DNA of 64,000 bases, from NCBI RefSeq assembly GCF_009914755.1, contig NC_060948.1. One strand, 5' to 3'. The position numbers were made by a program, and so were the translations under genes. Positions 24,878-39,064 of the stretch are shown piece by piece. A model generated the notes under the pieces. That model saw nothing but the letters and a program-made list of their open reading frames with translations. It had not been told where the DNA came from and ran no database searches. Within the stretch, counting starts at the first letter, position 1. Each line of letters starts with the position of its first letter. This stretch comes from the human T2T-CHM13v2.0 reference genome, Homo sapiens.

Positions 24878-27800
24878 ATGGAATCAAATCAATGGAATCT
24901 AATCAAGTGGAATGGAAAGGAATTGAATGGAGTAGATTGGATTGGATGGGATTGGAATGAAATGTACTGGAAAGGACTCGAGTTTCATGAAACGGAATGG
25001 AATGAATTGGAACGGAACGGACTCGAATGGAATGGAATGTCATGGAATGGCATCAAATGGAATGGCATCAAATGGAATGGAATCGAATGCAATGGAATGC
25101 TATGGAATGGAATGGAATGCATTGGAATGGAATGTCCTCTAATGGAATGGATTCGAGTGGAATGGAATCGAATATAATGGAGTCGAATTAAATGGAATTG
25201 AAAGGAATGGGATCGAATACAATGGAATATACTGGAATGTAATGTAATGAACTCGAATGTAATTGACTGGAATGGAATGTACATGAATGGAATGTAATCG
25301 AATGGAAAGTAATCCAATGGAATAGAATCTAATGCAATAAAATCGACTCAGATAGAGTAGAATGTAATGGAATTGAGTGCAGTGCAATGGAATGGAATGG
25401 AATGGAATGCAATGGAATGGAATGGAATGGAAAGGAATGGAATGGAATGGGATGGAATGGTATGGAATGGATAGTAATGGACTGGAGTGAAATGGACTGG
25501 AAATGAATGGACTCAAATTGAAAGGGCTCGAAAGGAATGGAGTCAAAAGGAATGGTCTGGAATGGAATGAACACGAATGTAATGCAATCCAATAGAATGG
25601 AATCGAATGGCATGGAATATAAAGAAATGGAATCGAAGAGAATGGAAACAAATGGAATGGAATTGAATGGAATGGAATTGAATGGAATGGGAACGAATGG
25701 AGTGAAATTGTATGCAGTAGAAGAGAATAGAATGGAATGCAAGCGAAAGGAAAGGAATGGATTGGAATGGAATGGAATTCATTGGAATGGAAGGGAATGT
25801 AGTGTAATGGACAGGCCTGGAATAAAGTGGAATGCTACGGTCTCAAATGGAATAAAAATGTATGGAATGGAATGCAATGAAACGGAATCGAATGTCATAG
25901 AATGTAATGGAATGCAAAAAAATGGAATCCAAAATCATTGACTGGAAAGGCTGGGTGTCGAAAGGAATTGACTCCAATGGAATGGAATCGAATGGAATGG
26001 AAGTGAATAGAATGGAACTAAATCGAATGGAATCGAATTGATAGGAACGGAATGGAAAGGAATGCAATGATTTGGCATGGAATGGAATCGAATGGCATCG
26101 AATGGAATGGAATGGAATGCAATGGAATGGAATGTATTAGAATGTAATGAACTTTAATGGAATGTACTCGAATGGATTCGACTGGAATGGAATGTTCTGG
26201 AAGTGAATGGACTCCAATGGAATGGATTCAAAAGGAATGGAGTCGTACGGAATGGAATCTAATGGAATGGAATTAAATGGAAATGAATCAAATTGAATAG
26301 AACGGAATTGAATTGAATGGAATCGAATGCAATGGAATCTAATGAAACGGAAAGGAAAGGAATGGAATGGAATGGAATGGGCTGGAATGGAAAGGAATCG
26401 AAACGAATGGAATGGAATCGAACTGAAGAGACTTGAATGGAATGCACTGGAATGGAAGGGAGTGTAATGGAAGGTTCTCGAAAAAAATGGAATCGAATGG
26501 AATGGAATTGAGTGGAACGGAATAGAGTCGAATGGAATTGAATGGAATGGAATGGACTAGAGTGAAATGGAATCGAACCACAAGGAATGGACAGGAATAG
26601 AATGGTCTCGAATTGAATGGAATCGTATGGAATGGCATCAAACGGAATGGAATGGACAGCCACGGAATGGAATGCACTCGAATGCAATGGAGTCGAAACT
26701 AATGGACTGGAATAGAATGGACTCGACTGGTACGGACTCCAATGGAATGGAATCGAATGGAAGGGAATCGAACGGAATGGACTCGAAGGGAAAAGACTGC
26801 AATGGAAAGGTCTCGAATGGAATGGAAATTAATGGAATGGAACGGAATCGAATGAAATGGAGTCAAAGGAATGGAATCGAATGGCAAGAAATCGAATGCA
26901 ATGGAATCGCAAGGAATTGATGTGAACGGAACGGAATGGAATGGAATCCAAAGGAATGGAATAGAATGGAATGGAATCGAATGGAAAGGACTCGAATGGA
27001 AATCACTCGAACAGAATGCAATTTAATAAAATAGGATCAAATGTAATGGAATGGAATGGAAAGGAATCGAAACGAAAGGAATGGAGACAGATGGAATGGA
27101 ATGGAACAGAGAGGAATGGTATAGAATGGAATGGAATCATCTGGAATGGAATTGAATGGAATGGAATAATATGAAATGGAATGGAATGGAATGGAATGCC
27201 CTTGAATTAAATGGACTGGAATGGAATGGACTCAAACAGAGTGGAATGGAAAGTGTGGATATAGAATGGAATGAACTCCTTTGGAATGGTCTAGTAGACA
27301 ATGCAATCGACTGGCAGGGAATCAAAAGGAATGTAATCGAATGGATTGGACTGGAATGCAATGGACTCGAATAGATTGGAAACGGAATGCAAAGGAATGG
27401 AATGGAATAGTATGGAATGTTATGGAAAGGAATGGAGTGGAATAGACTAGAGTGGAATGGAATGGACTGGAAAGCAATGGACTGGAATGGAACATTCTTG
27501 AATGGACTGGAATCAAACGGAATGGAATGCAATGCAATCAAATGGCATGGAATAAAATAGAATGAAAGAGAATCAAATGGAATTGAATCGAATGGAATCG
27601 AATGGATTGGAATGGAATAGAATGGAATGGAATGGAATTGACTCAAATGGAATGGACTAGAATGGAATGGATTCGAATGGAAGGCAAAGGAATGGAATCT
27701 ATTGGAATGGACTGTAATGGAATGGAATGGAAGGGATTGGAATGGACTCGAATGGAATGGACTGCAATAGAAAGGATTCGAATGGAATGAAAAAGAATTG

Positions 27801-28427
27801 AATGGAATAGAACAGAATGGAATCAAATCGAATGAAATGGAATGGAATAGAAAGGAATGGAATGAAATGGAATGGAAAGGATTCGAATGGAATGCAATCG
27901 AATGGAATGGAATCGAACGGAATGGAATAAAATGGAAGAAAACTGGCAAGAAATGGAATCGAAATGAATGGAGTGTGGAACGGACTCAAAAGGAATTGAA
28001 TGTAATAGAATGGAGTGGAGTGGACTCGAATATAATGGACTGGAATGGAATGAAATCACATGGAATGGGAACGAATGGAATGGAATGGAAAGGAATGGAA
28101 TCGAATGGAAAGGAATCGGATGGAAGGGAATGCAATTGAATCAACAGGAATGGAAGGGAATAGAATAGACGGTAATGGAATGGACTCGAATAGAATGGAC
28201 ACGAATGCTCAAATTGAATGGACTCGAATGGAATGGAAACGAAAGGAATGTCATCGAATGGAATTGAATCGATTGGAATGAAATCGCATAGAATGGAGTG
28301 GAATCAAATGGAATTGAATCGAAAGGAAAGGAAGCGAATGGACTGAAATGAAATGGAATGGAATTGAATGGAAAGTAATGCAATGGAATAGAATGGAACG
28401 AAATTTCACGGAATGGAATCAAACTGA
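24878..28427 (+). repeat. DYZ1 unit 8 (3550 bp)
   Basis: Anchor-to-anchor interval with a 1-bp deletion at ~26865 and a 3-bp deletion at ~27976. Confidence 0.9.
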
Positions 28428-31400
28428 ATGGAATCAAATCAATGGAATCTAATCAAGTGGAATGGAAAGGAATTGAATGGAGTAGATTGGATTGGATGGG
28501 ATTGGAATGAAATGTACTGGAAAGGACTCGAATTTCATGAAACGGAATGGAATGAATTGGAACGGAATGGACTCGAATGGAATGGAATGTCATGGAATGG
28601 CATCAAATGGAATGGCATCAAATGGAATGGAATCGAATGCAATGGAATGCTATGGAATGGAATGGAATGCATTGGAATGGAATGTCCTCTAATGGAATGG
28701 ATTCGAGTGGAATGGAATCGAATATAATGGAGTCGATTGAAATGGAATTGAAAGGAATGGGATCGAATAGAATGGAATATACTGGAATGTAATGTAATGA
28801 ACTTGAATGTAATTGACTGGAATGGAATGTACATGAATGGAATGTAATCGAATGGAAAGTAATCCAATGGAATAGAATCTAATGCAATAAAATCGACTCA
28901 GATAGAGTAGAATGTAATGGAATGGAGTGCAGTGCAATGGAATGGAATGGAATGGAATGCAATGGAATGGAATGGAATGGAATGGAATGGAATGGTGTGG
29001 AATGGATAGTAATGGACTGGAGTGAAATGGACTGGAAATGAATGGACTCAAATTGAAAGGGCTCGAAAGGAATGGAGTCAAATGGAATGGTCTGGAATGG
29101 AATGAACACGAATGTAATGCAATCCAATAGAATGGAATCGAATGGCATGGAATATAAAGAAATGGAATCGAAGAGAATGGAAACAAATGGAATGGAATTG
29201 AATGGAATGGAATTGAATGGAATGGGAACGAATGGAGTGAAATTGTATGCAGTAGAAGAGAATAGAATGGAATGCAAGCGAAAGGAAAGGAATGGATTGG
29301 AATGGAATGGAATTCATTGGAATGGAAGGGAATGTAGTGTAATGGACAGGCCTGGAATAAAGTGGAATGCTACGGTCTCGAATGGAATAAAAATGTATGG
29401 AATGGAATGCAATGAAACGGAATCGAATGTCATAGAATGTAATGGAATGCAAAAAAATGGAATCCAAAATCATTGACTGGAAAGGCTGGATGTCGAAAGG
29501 AATTGACTCCAATGGAATGGAATCGAATGGAATGGAAGTGAATAGAATCGAACTAAATCGAATGGAATGGAATTGATAGGAACGGAATGGAAAGGAATGC
29601 AATGATTTGGCATGGAATGGAAACGAATGGTATCTAATGGAATGGAATGTAATGTAATGGAATGGAATGTATTAGAATGTAATGAACTTTAATGGAATGT
29701 ACTCGAATGGATTCGACTGGAATGGAATGTTCTGGAAGTGAATGGACTCCAATGGAATGGATTCAAACGGAATGGAATCGTACGGAATGGAATCTAATGG
29801 AATGGAATTAAATGGAAATGAATCAAATTGAATAGCACGGAATTGAATTGAATGGAATGGAATGCAATGGAATCTAATGAAACGGAAAGGAAAGGAATGG
29901 AATGGAATGGAATGGGCTGGAATGGAAAGGAATCGAAACGAATGGAATGGAATCGAACTGAAGAGACTGGAATGGAATGCACTGGAATGGAAGGGAGTGT
30001 AATGGAAGGTTCTCGAAAAAAATGGAATCGAATGGAATGGAATTGAATGGAACGGAATAGAGTCGAATGGAATTGAATGGAATGGAATGGACTAGAGTGA
30101 AATGGAATCGAACCACAAGGAATGGACAGGAATAGAATGGTCTCGAATTGAATGGAATCGTATGGAATGGCATCAAACGGAATGGAATGGACAACCACGG
30201 AATGGAATGCACTCGAATGCAATGGAGTCGAAACTAATGGACTGGAATAGAATGGACTCGACTGGTACGGACTCCAATGGAATGGAATCGAATGGAAGGG
30301 AATCGAACGGAATGGACTCGAAGGGAAAAGACTGCAATGGAAAGGTCTCGAATGGAATGGAAATTAATGGAATGGAATGGAATCGAATGAAATGGAGTCA
30401 AAAGGAATGGAATCGAATGGCAAGAAATCGAATGTAATGGAATCGCAAGGAATTGATGTGAACGGAACGGAATGGAATGGAATCCAAAGGAATGGAATAG
30501 AATGGAATGGAATCGAATGGAAAGGACTCGAATGGAAATCACTCGAATAGAATGCAATTTAATAAAATAGGATCAAATGTAATGGAATGGAATGGAAAGG
30601 AATCGAAACGAAAGGAATGGAGACAGATGGAATGGAATGGAACAGAGAGCAATGGTATAGAATGGAATGGAATCATCTGGAATGGAATTGAATGGAATGG
30701 AATAATATGAAATGGAATGGAATGGAATGGAATGGAATGCCCTTGAATTAAATGGACTGGAATGGAATGGACTCGAACAGAGTGGAATGGAAAGTGTTGA
30801 GATAGAATGTAATGGACTCCTTCGGAATGGTGTAGTATGCAATGCAATCGACTGGCAGGGAATCAAAAGGAATGTAATCGAATGGATTGGACTGGAATGC
30901 AATGGACTCGAATAGATTGGAAACGGAATGCAAAGGAATGGAATGGAATAGTATGGAATGGAATGGAAAGGAATGGAGTGGAATAGACTAGAGTGGAATG
31001 GAATGGACTGGAAAGCAATGGACTGGAATGGAACTTTCTTGAATGGACTGGAATCAAACGGAATGGAATGCAATGCAATCAAATGGCATAGAATAAGATA
31101 GAATGAAAGAGAATCAAATGGAATTGAATGGAATGGAATCGAATGGATTGGAAAGGAATAGAATGGAATGGAATGGAATGGACTAGAATGGAATGGATTC
31201 GAATGGAAGGCAAAGGAATGGAATCTATTGGAATGGACTGTAATGGAATGCAATGGAAGGGATTGGAATGGACTCGAATGGAATGGACTGCAATAGAAAG
31301 GATTCGAATGGAATGAAAAAGAATTGAATGGAATAGAACAGAATGGAATCAAATCGAATGAAATGGAATGGAATAGAAAGGAATGGAATGAAATGGAATG

Positions 31401-31956
31401 GAAAGGATTCGAATGGAATGCAAACGAATGGAATGGAATCGAACGGAATGGAATAAAATGGAAGAAAACTGGCAAGAAATGGAATCGAAATGAATGGAGT
31501 GTTATGGAAGGGACTCAAAAGGAATTGAATGTAATAGAATGGAGTGGAGTGGACTCGAATATAATGGACTTGAATGGAATGAAATCACATGGAATGGGAA
31601 CGAATGGAATGGAATGGAAAGGAATGGAATCGAATGGAAAGGAATCGAATGGAAGGGAATGAAATTTAACCAACAGGAATGGAACGGAATAGAATAGACC
31701 GTAATGGAATGGACTCGAATAGAATGGACACTAATGCTCAAATTGAATGGACTCGAATGGAATGGAAACGAAAGGAATGTCATCGAATGGAATTGAATCG
31801 ATTGGAATGAAATCGCATAGAATGGAGTGGAATCAAATGGAATTGAATCGAAAGGAAAGGAAGCGAATGGACTGAAATGAAATGGAATGGAATTGAATGG
31901 AAAGTAATGCAATGGAATAGAATGGAACGAAATTTCACGGAATGGAATCAAACTGA
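28428..31956 (+). repeat. DYZ1 unit 9 (3529 bp)
   Basis: Anchor-to-anchor interval with a 15-bp deletion (TGACTCAAATGGAAT) at ~31180. Confidence 0.9.
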
Positions 31957-34900
31957 ATGGAATCAAATCAATGGAATCAAATCAAATGGAATGGAAAGGA
32001 ATTGAATGGAGTAGATTGGATTGGATGGGATTGGAATGAAATGTACTGGAAAGGACTCGAATTTCATGAAACGGAATGGAATGAATTGGAACGGAATGGA
32101 CTCGAATGGAATGGAATGTCATGGAATGGCATCAAATGGAATGGCATCAAATGGAATGGAATCGAATGCAATGGAATGCTATGGAATGGAATGGAATGCA
32201 TTGGAATGGAATGTCCTCTAATGGAATGGATTCGAGTGGAATGGAATCGAATATAATGGAGTCGAATGAAATGGAATTGAAAAGAATGGGATCGAATACA
32301 ATGGAATATACTGGAATGTAATGTAATGAACTCGAATGTAATTGACTGGAATGGAATGTATATGAATGGAATGTAATCGAATGGAAAGTAATCCAATGGT
32401 ATAGAATCTAATGCAATAAAATCGACTCAGATAGAGTAGAATGTAATGGAATGGAGTGCAGTGCAATGGAATGGAATGGAATGGAATGCAATGGAATGGA
32501 ATGGAATGGAATGGAATGGGATGGAATGGTATGGAATGGATAGTAATGGACTGGAGTGAAATGGACTGGAAAGGAATGGACTCAAATTGAAAGGGCTCGA
32601 AAGGAATGGAGACAAATGGAATGGTCTGGAATGGAATGAACACGAATGTAATGCATTCCAATAGAATAGAGTCGAATGGCATGGAATATAAAGAAATGGA
32701 ATCGAAGAGAATAGAAACAAATGGAATGGAATTGAATGGAATGGAATTGAATGGAATGGGAACGAATGGAGTGAAATTGTATGCAGTAGAAGAGAATAGA
32801 ATGGAATGCAAGCGAAAGGAAAGTAATGGATTGGAATGGAATGGAATTCATTGGAATGGAAGGGAATGTAGTGTAATGGACAGGCCTGGAATAAAGTGGA
32901 AAGCTACGGTCTCGAGTGGAATAAAAATGTATGGATTGGAATGCAATGAAACGGAATCGAATGTCATAGAATGTAATGGAATGCAAAAAAATGGAATCCG
33001 AAATCATTGACTGGAAAGGCTGGGTGTCGAAAGGAATTGACTCCAATGGAATGGAATCGAATGGAATGGAAGTGAATAGAATCGAACTAAATCGAATGGA
33101 ATGGAATTGATAGGAACGGAATGGAAAGGAATGCAATGATTTGGCATGGAATGGAATCGAATGGCATCGAATGGAATGGAATGGAATGCAATGGAATGGA
33201 ATGTATTAGAATGTAATGAACTTTAATGGAATGTACTCGAAAGGATTTGACTGGAATGGAATGTTCTGGAAGTGAATGGACTCCAATGGAATGGATTCGA
33301 AAGGAATGGAATCGTACGGAATGGAATCTAATGGAATGGAATTAAATGGAAATGAATCAAATTGAATAGCACGGAATTGAATTGAATGGAATGGAATGCA
33401 ATGGAATCTAATGAAACGGAAAGGAAAGGAATGCAATGGAATGGAATGGGCTGGAATGGAAAGGAATCGAAACGAATGGAATGGAATCGAACTGAAGAGA
33501 CTGGAATGGAATGCACTGGAATGGAAGGGAGTGTAATGGAAGGTTCTCGAAAAAAATGGAATCGAATGGAATGGAATTGAGTGGAACGGAATAGAGTCGA
33601 ATGGAATTGAATGGAATGGAATGGACTAGAGTGAAATGGAATCGAACCACAAGGAATGGACAGGAATAGAATGGTCTCGAATTGAATGGAATCGTATGGA
33701 ATGGCATCAAACGGAATGGAATGGACAGCCACGGAATGGAATGCACTCGAATGCAATGGAGTCGAAACTAATGGACTGGAATAGAATGGACTCGACTGGT
33801 ACGGACTCCAATGGAATGGAATCGAATGGAAGGGAATCGAACGGAATGGACTCGAAGGGAAAAGACTGCAATGGAACGGTCTCGAATGGAATGGAAATTA
33901 ATGGAATGGAATGGAATCGAATGAAATGGAGTCAAAAGGAATGGAATCGAATGGCAAGAAATCGAATGTAATGGAATCGCAAGGAATTGATATGAACGGA
34001 ACGGAATGGAATGGAATCCAAAGGAATGGAATAGAATGGAATGGAATCGAATGGAAAGGACTCGAATGGAAATCACTCGAATAGAATGCAATTTAATAAA
34101 ATAGGATCAAATGTAATGGAATGGAATGGAAAGGAATCGAAACGAAAGGAATGGAGACAGATGGAATGGAATGGAACAGATAGCAATGGTATACAATGGA
34201 ATGGAATCATCTGGAATGGAATTGAATGGAATGGAATAATATGAAATGGAATGGAATGGAATGGAATGGAATGCCCTTGAATTAAATGGACTGGACTCGA
34301 ACAGAGTGGAATGGAAAGTGTTGAGATAGAATGGAATGGACTCCTTTGGAATGGTCTAGTATGCAATGCAATGGACTGGCAGGGAATCAAAAGGAATGTA
34401 ATGGAATGGATTGGACTGGAATGCAATGGACTCGAATAGATTGGAAACGGAATGCAAAGGAATGGAATGGAATAGTATGGAATGGAATGGAAAGGAATGG
34501 AGTGGAATAGACTAGAGTGGAATGGAATGGACTGGAAAGCAATGGACTGAAATGAAACTTTCTTGAATGGACTGGAATCAAACGGAATGGGATGCAATGC
34601 AATAAAATGACATGGAATAAGATAGAATGAAAGAGAATCAAATGGAATTGAATCGAATGGAATCGAATGGATTGGAAAGGAATAGAATGGAATGGAATGG
34701 AATTGACTCAAATGGAATGGACTAGAATGGAATGGATTCGAATGGAAGGCAAAGGAATGGAATCTATTGGAATGGACTGTAATGGAATGGAATGGAAGGG
34801 ATTGGAATGGACTCGAATGGAATGGACTGTAATAGAAAGGATTCGAATGGAATGAAAAAGAATTGAATGGAATAGAACAGAATGGAATCAAATCGAATGA

Positions 34901-35495
34901 AATGGAATGGAATAGAAAGGAATGGAATGAAATGGAATGGAAAGGATTCGAATGGAATGCAATCGAATGGAATGGAATCGAACGGAATGGAATAAAATGG
35001 AAGAAAACTGGCAAGAAATGGAATCGAAATGAATGGAGTGTTATGGAACGGACTCAAAAGGAATTGAATGTAATAGAATGGAGTGGAGTGGACTCGAATA
35101 TAATGGACTGGAATGGAATGAAATCACATGGAATGGGAACGAATGGAATGGAATGGAAAGGAATGGAATCGAATGGAAAGGAATCGAACGGAAGGGAATG
35201 AAATTGAATCAACAGGAATGGAAGGGAATAGAATAGACTGTAATGGAATGGACACGAATAGAATGGACACGAATGCTCAAATTGAATGGACTCGAATGGA
35301 ATGGAAAGGAAAGGAAAGTCATCGAATGGAATTGAATCGATTGGAATGAAATCGCATAGAATGGAGTGGAATCAAATGGAATTGAATCGAAAGGAAAGGA
35401 AGCGAATGGACTGAAATGAAATGGAATGGAATTGAATGGAAAGTAATGCAATGGAATAGAATGGAACGAAATTTCACGGAATGGAATCAAACTGA
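31957..35495 (+). repeat. DYZ1 unit 10 (3539 bp)
   Basis: Anchor-to-anchor interval; landmark GGCC at 32883. Confidence 0.9.
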
Positions 35496-38400
35496 ATGGA
35501 ATCAAATCAATGGAATCTAATCAAATTGAATGGAAAGGAATTGAATTTAGTATATTGGATTGGATGGGATTGGAATGAAATGTACTGGAAAGGACTCGAA
35601 TTTCATGAAACGGAATGGAATGAATTGGAACGGAATGGACTCGAATGGAATGGAATGACATGGAATGGCATCAAATGGAATGGCATCAAATGGAATGGAA
35701 TCGAATACAATGGAATGCTATGGAATGGAATGGAATGCATTGGAATGGAATGTCCTCTAATGGAATGGATTCGAGTGGAATGGAATCGAATATAATGGAG
35801 TCGAATGAAATGGAATTGAAAGGAATGGGATCGAATAGAATGGAATATACTGGAATGTAATGTAATGAACTCGAATGTAATTGACTGGAATGGAATGTAC
35901 ATGAATGGAATGTAATCGAATATAAAGTAATCCAATGGAATAGAATCTAATGCAATAAAATCGACTCAGATAGAGTAGAATGTAATGGAATGGAGTGCAG
36001 TGCAATGGAATAGAATGGAATGGAATGCAATGGAATGGAATGGAATGGAATGGAATGGAATGGAATGGAATGGGATGGAATGGGGTGGAATGGTATGGAA
36101 TGGATAGTAATGGACTGGAGTGAAATGGACTGGAAAGGAATGGACTCAAATTGAAAGGGCTCGAAAGGAATGGAGACAAATGAAATGGTCTGGAATGGAA
36201 TGAACACGAATGTAATGCAATCCAATAGAATGGAGTCGAATGGCATGGAATATAAAGAAATGGAATCGAAGAGAATGGAAACAAATGGAATGGAATTGAA
36301 TGGAATGGAATTGAATGGAATGGGAACGAATGGAGTGAAATTGTATGCAGTAGAAGAGAATAGAATGGAATGCAAGCGAAAGGAAAGGAATGGATTGGAA
36401 TGGAATGGAATTCATTGGAATGGAAGGGAATGTAGTGTAATGGACAGGCCTGGAATAAAGTGGAATGCTACGGTCTCGAATAGAATAAAAATGTATGGAA
36501 TGGAATGCAATGAAACGGAATCGAATGTCATAGAATGTAATGGAATGCAAAAAAATGGAATCCAAAATCATTGACTGGAAAGGCTGGGTGTCGAAAGGAA
36601 TTGACTCCAATGGAATGGAATCGAATGGAATGGAAGTAAATAGAATCGAACTAAATCGAATGGAATGGAATTGATAGGAACGGAATGGAAAGGAATGCAA
36701 TGATTTGGCATGGAATGGAATCGAATGGCATCGAATGGAATGGAATGGAATGCAATGGAATGGAATGTATTAGAATGTAATGAACTTTAATGGAATGTAC
36801 TCGAATGGATTCGACTGGAATGGAATGTTCTGGAAGTGAATGGACTCCAATGGAATGGATTCAAAAGGAATGGAATCGTACGGAATGGAATCTAATGGAA
36901 TGGAATTAAATGGAAATGAATCAAATTGAATAGCACGGAATTGAATTGAATGGAATCGAATGCAATGGAATCTAATGAAACGGAAAGGAAAGGAATGGAA
37001 TGGAAAGGAATGGGCTGGAATGGAAAGGAATCGAAACGAATGGAATGGAATCGAACTGAAGAGACTGGAATGGAATGCACTGGAATAGAAGGGAGTGTAA
37101 TGGAAGGTTCTCGAAAAAAATGGAATCGAATGGAATGGAATTGAATGGAACGGAATAGAGTCGAATGGAATTGAATGGAATGGAATGGACTAGAGTGAAA
37201 TGGAATCGAACCACAAGGAATGGACAGGAATAGAATGGTCTCGAATTGAATGGAATCGTATGGAATGGCATCAAACGGAATGGAATGGACAGCCACGGAA
37301 TGGAATGCACTCGAATGCAATGGAGTCGAAACTAATGGACTGGAATAGAATGGATTCGACTGGTACGGACTCCAATGGAATGGAATCGAATGGAAGGGAA
37401 TCGAACGGAATGGACTCGAAGGGAAAAGACTGCAATGGAAAGGTCTCGAATGGAATGGAAATTAATGGAATGGAATGGAATCGAATGAAATGGAGTCAAA
37501 AGGAATGGAATCGAATGGCAAGAAATCAAATGTAATGGAATCGCAAGGAATTGATGTGAACGGAACGGAATGGAATGGAATCCAAAGGAATGGAATAGAA
37601 TGGAATGGAATCGAATGGAAAGGACTCGAATGGAAATCACTCGAATAGAATGCAATTTAATAAAATAGGATCAAATGTAATGGAATGGAATGGAAAGGAA
37701 TCGAAACGAAAGGAATGGAGACAGATGGAATGGAATGGAACAGAGAGCAATGGTATAGAATGGAATGGAATCATCTGGAATGGAATTGAATGGAATGGAA
37801 TAATATGAAATGGAATGGAATGGAATGGAATGGAATGGAATGCCCTTGAATTAAATGGAATGGACTCGAACAGAGTGGAATGGAAAGTGTTGAGATAGCA
37901 TGGAATGGACTCCTTCGGAATGGTCTAGTATGCAATGCAATCGACTGGCAGGGAATCAAAAGGAATGTAATCGAATGGATTGGACTGGAATGCAATGGAC
38001 TCGAATAGATTGGAAACGGAATGCAAAGGAATGGAATGGAATAGTATGGAATGGAATGGAAAGGAATGGAGTGGAATAGACTAGAGTGGAATGGAATGGA
38101 CTGGAAAGCAATGGACTGGAATGGAACTTTCTTGAATGGACTGGAATCAAACGGAATGGAATGCAATGCAATCAAATGGCATGGAATAAAATAGAATGAA
38201 AGAGAATCAAATGGAATTGAATCGAATGGAATCGAATGGATTGGAAAGGAATAGAATGGAATGGAATGGAATTGACTCAAATGGAATGGACTAGAATGGA
38301 ATGGATTCGAATGGAAGGCAAAGGAATGGCATCTATTGGAATGGACTGTAATGGAATGGAATGGAAGGGATTGGAATGGACTCGAATGCAATGGACTGCA

Positions 38401-39064
38401 ATAGAAAGGATTCGAATGGAATGAAAAAGAATTGAATGGAATAGAACAGAATGGAATCAAATCGAATGAAATGGAATGGAATAGAAAGGAATGGAATGAA
38501 ATGGAATGGAAAGGATTCGAATGGAATGCAATCGAATGGAATGGAATCGAACGGAATGGAATAAAATGGAAGAAAACTGGCAAGAAATGGAATCGAAATG
38601 AATGGAGTGTTATGGAACGGACTCAAAAGGAATTGAATGTAATAGAATGGAGTGGAGTGGACTCGAATATAATGGACTGGAATGGAATGAAATCACATGG
38701 AATGGGAACGAATGGAATGGAATGGAAAGGAATGGAATCGAATGGAAAGGAATCGAACGGAAGGGAATAAAATTGAATCAACAGGAATGGAAGGGAATAG
38801 AATAGACGGTAATGGAATGGACTCGAATAGAATGGACACGAATGCTCAAATTGAATGGACTCGAAAGGAATGGAAAGGAAAGGAATGTCATCGAATGGAA
38901 TTGAATCGATTGGAATGAAATCGCATAGAATGGAGTGGAATCAAATGGAATTGAATCGAAAGGAAAGGAAGCGAATGGACTGAAATGAAATGGAATGGAA
39001 TTGAATGGAAATTAATGCAATGGAATAGAATGGAACGAAATTTCACGGAATGGAATCAAACTGA
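35496..39064 (+). repeat. DYZ1 unit 11 (3569 bp)
   Basis: Anchor-to-anchor interval with an expanded pure GGAAT tract at ~36030-36070. Confidence 0.9.

Noticed and set aside
24894-24904. DUX4-like motif (GAATCTAATCA) in some units
   Set aside because: It mismatches the TAAYYYAATCA consensus at the first base, and the site varies between units (ATATAATCA, TCAAATCA), so it is not supportable.
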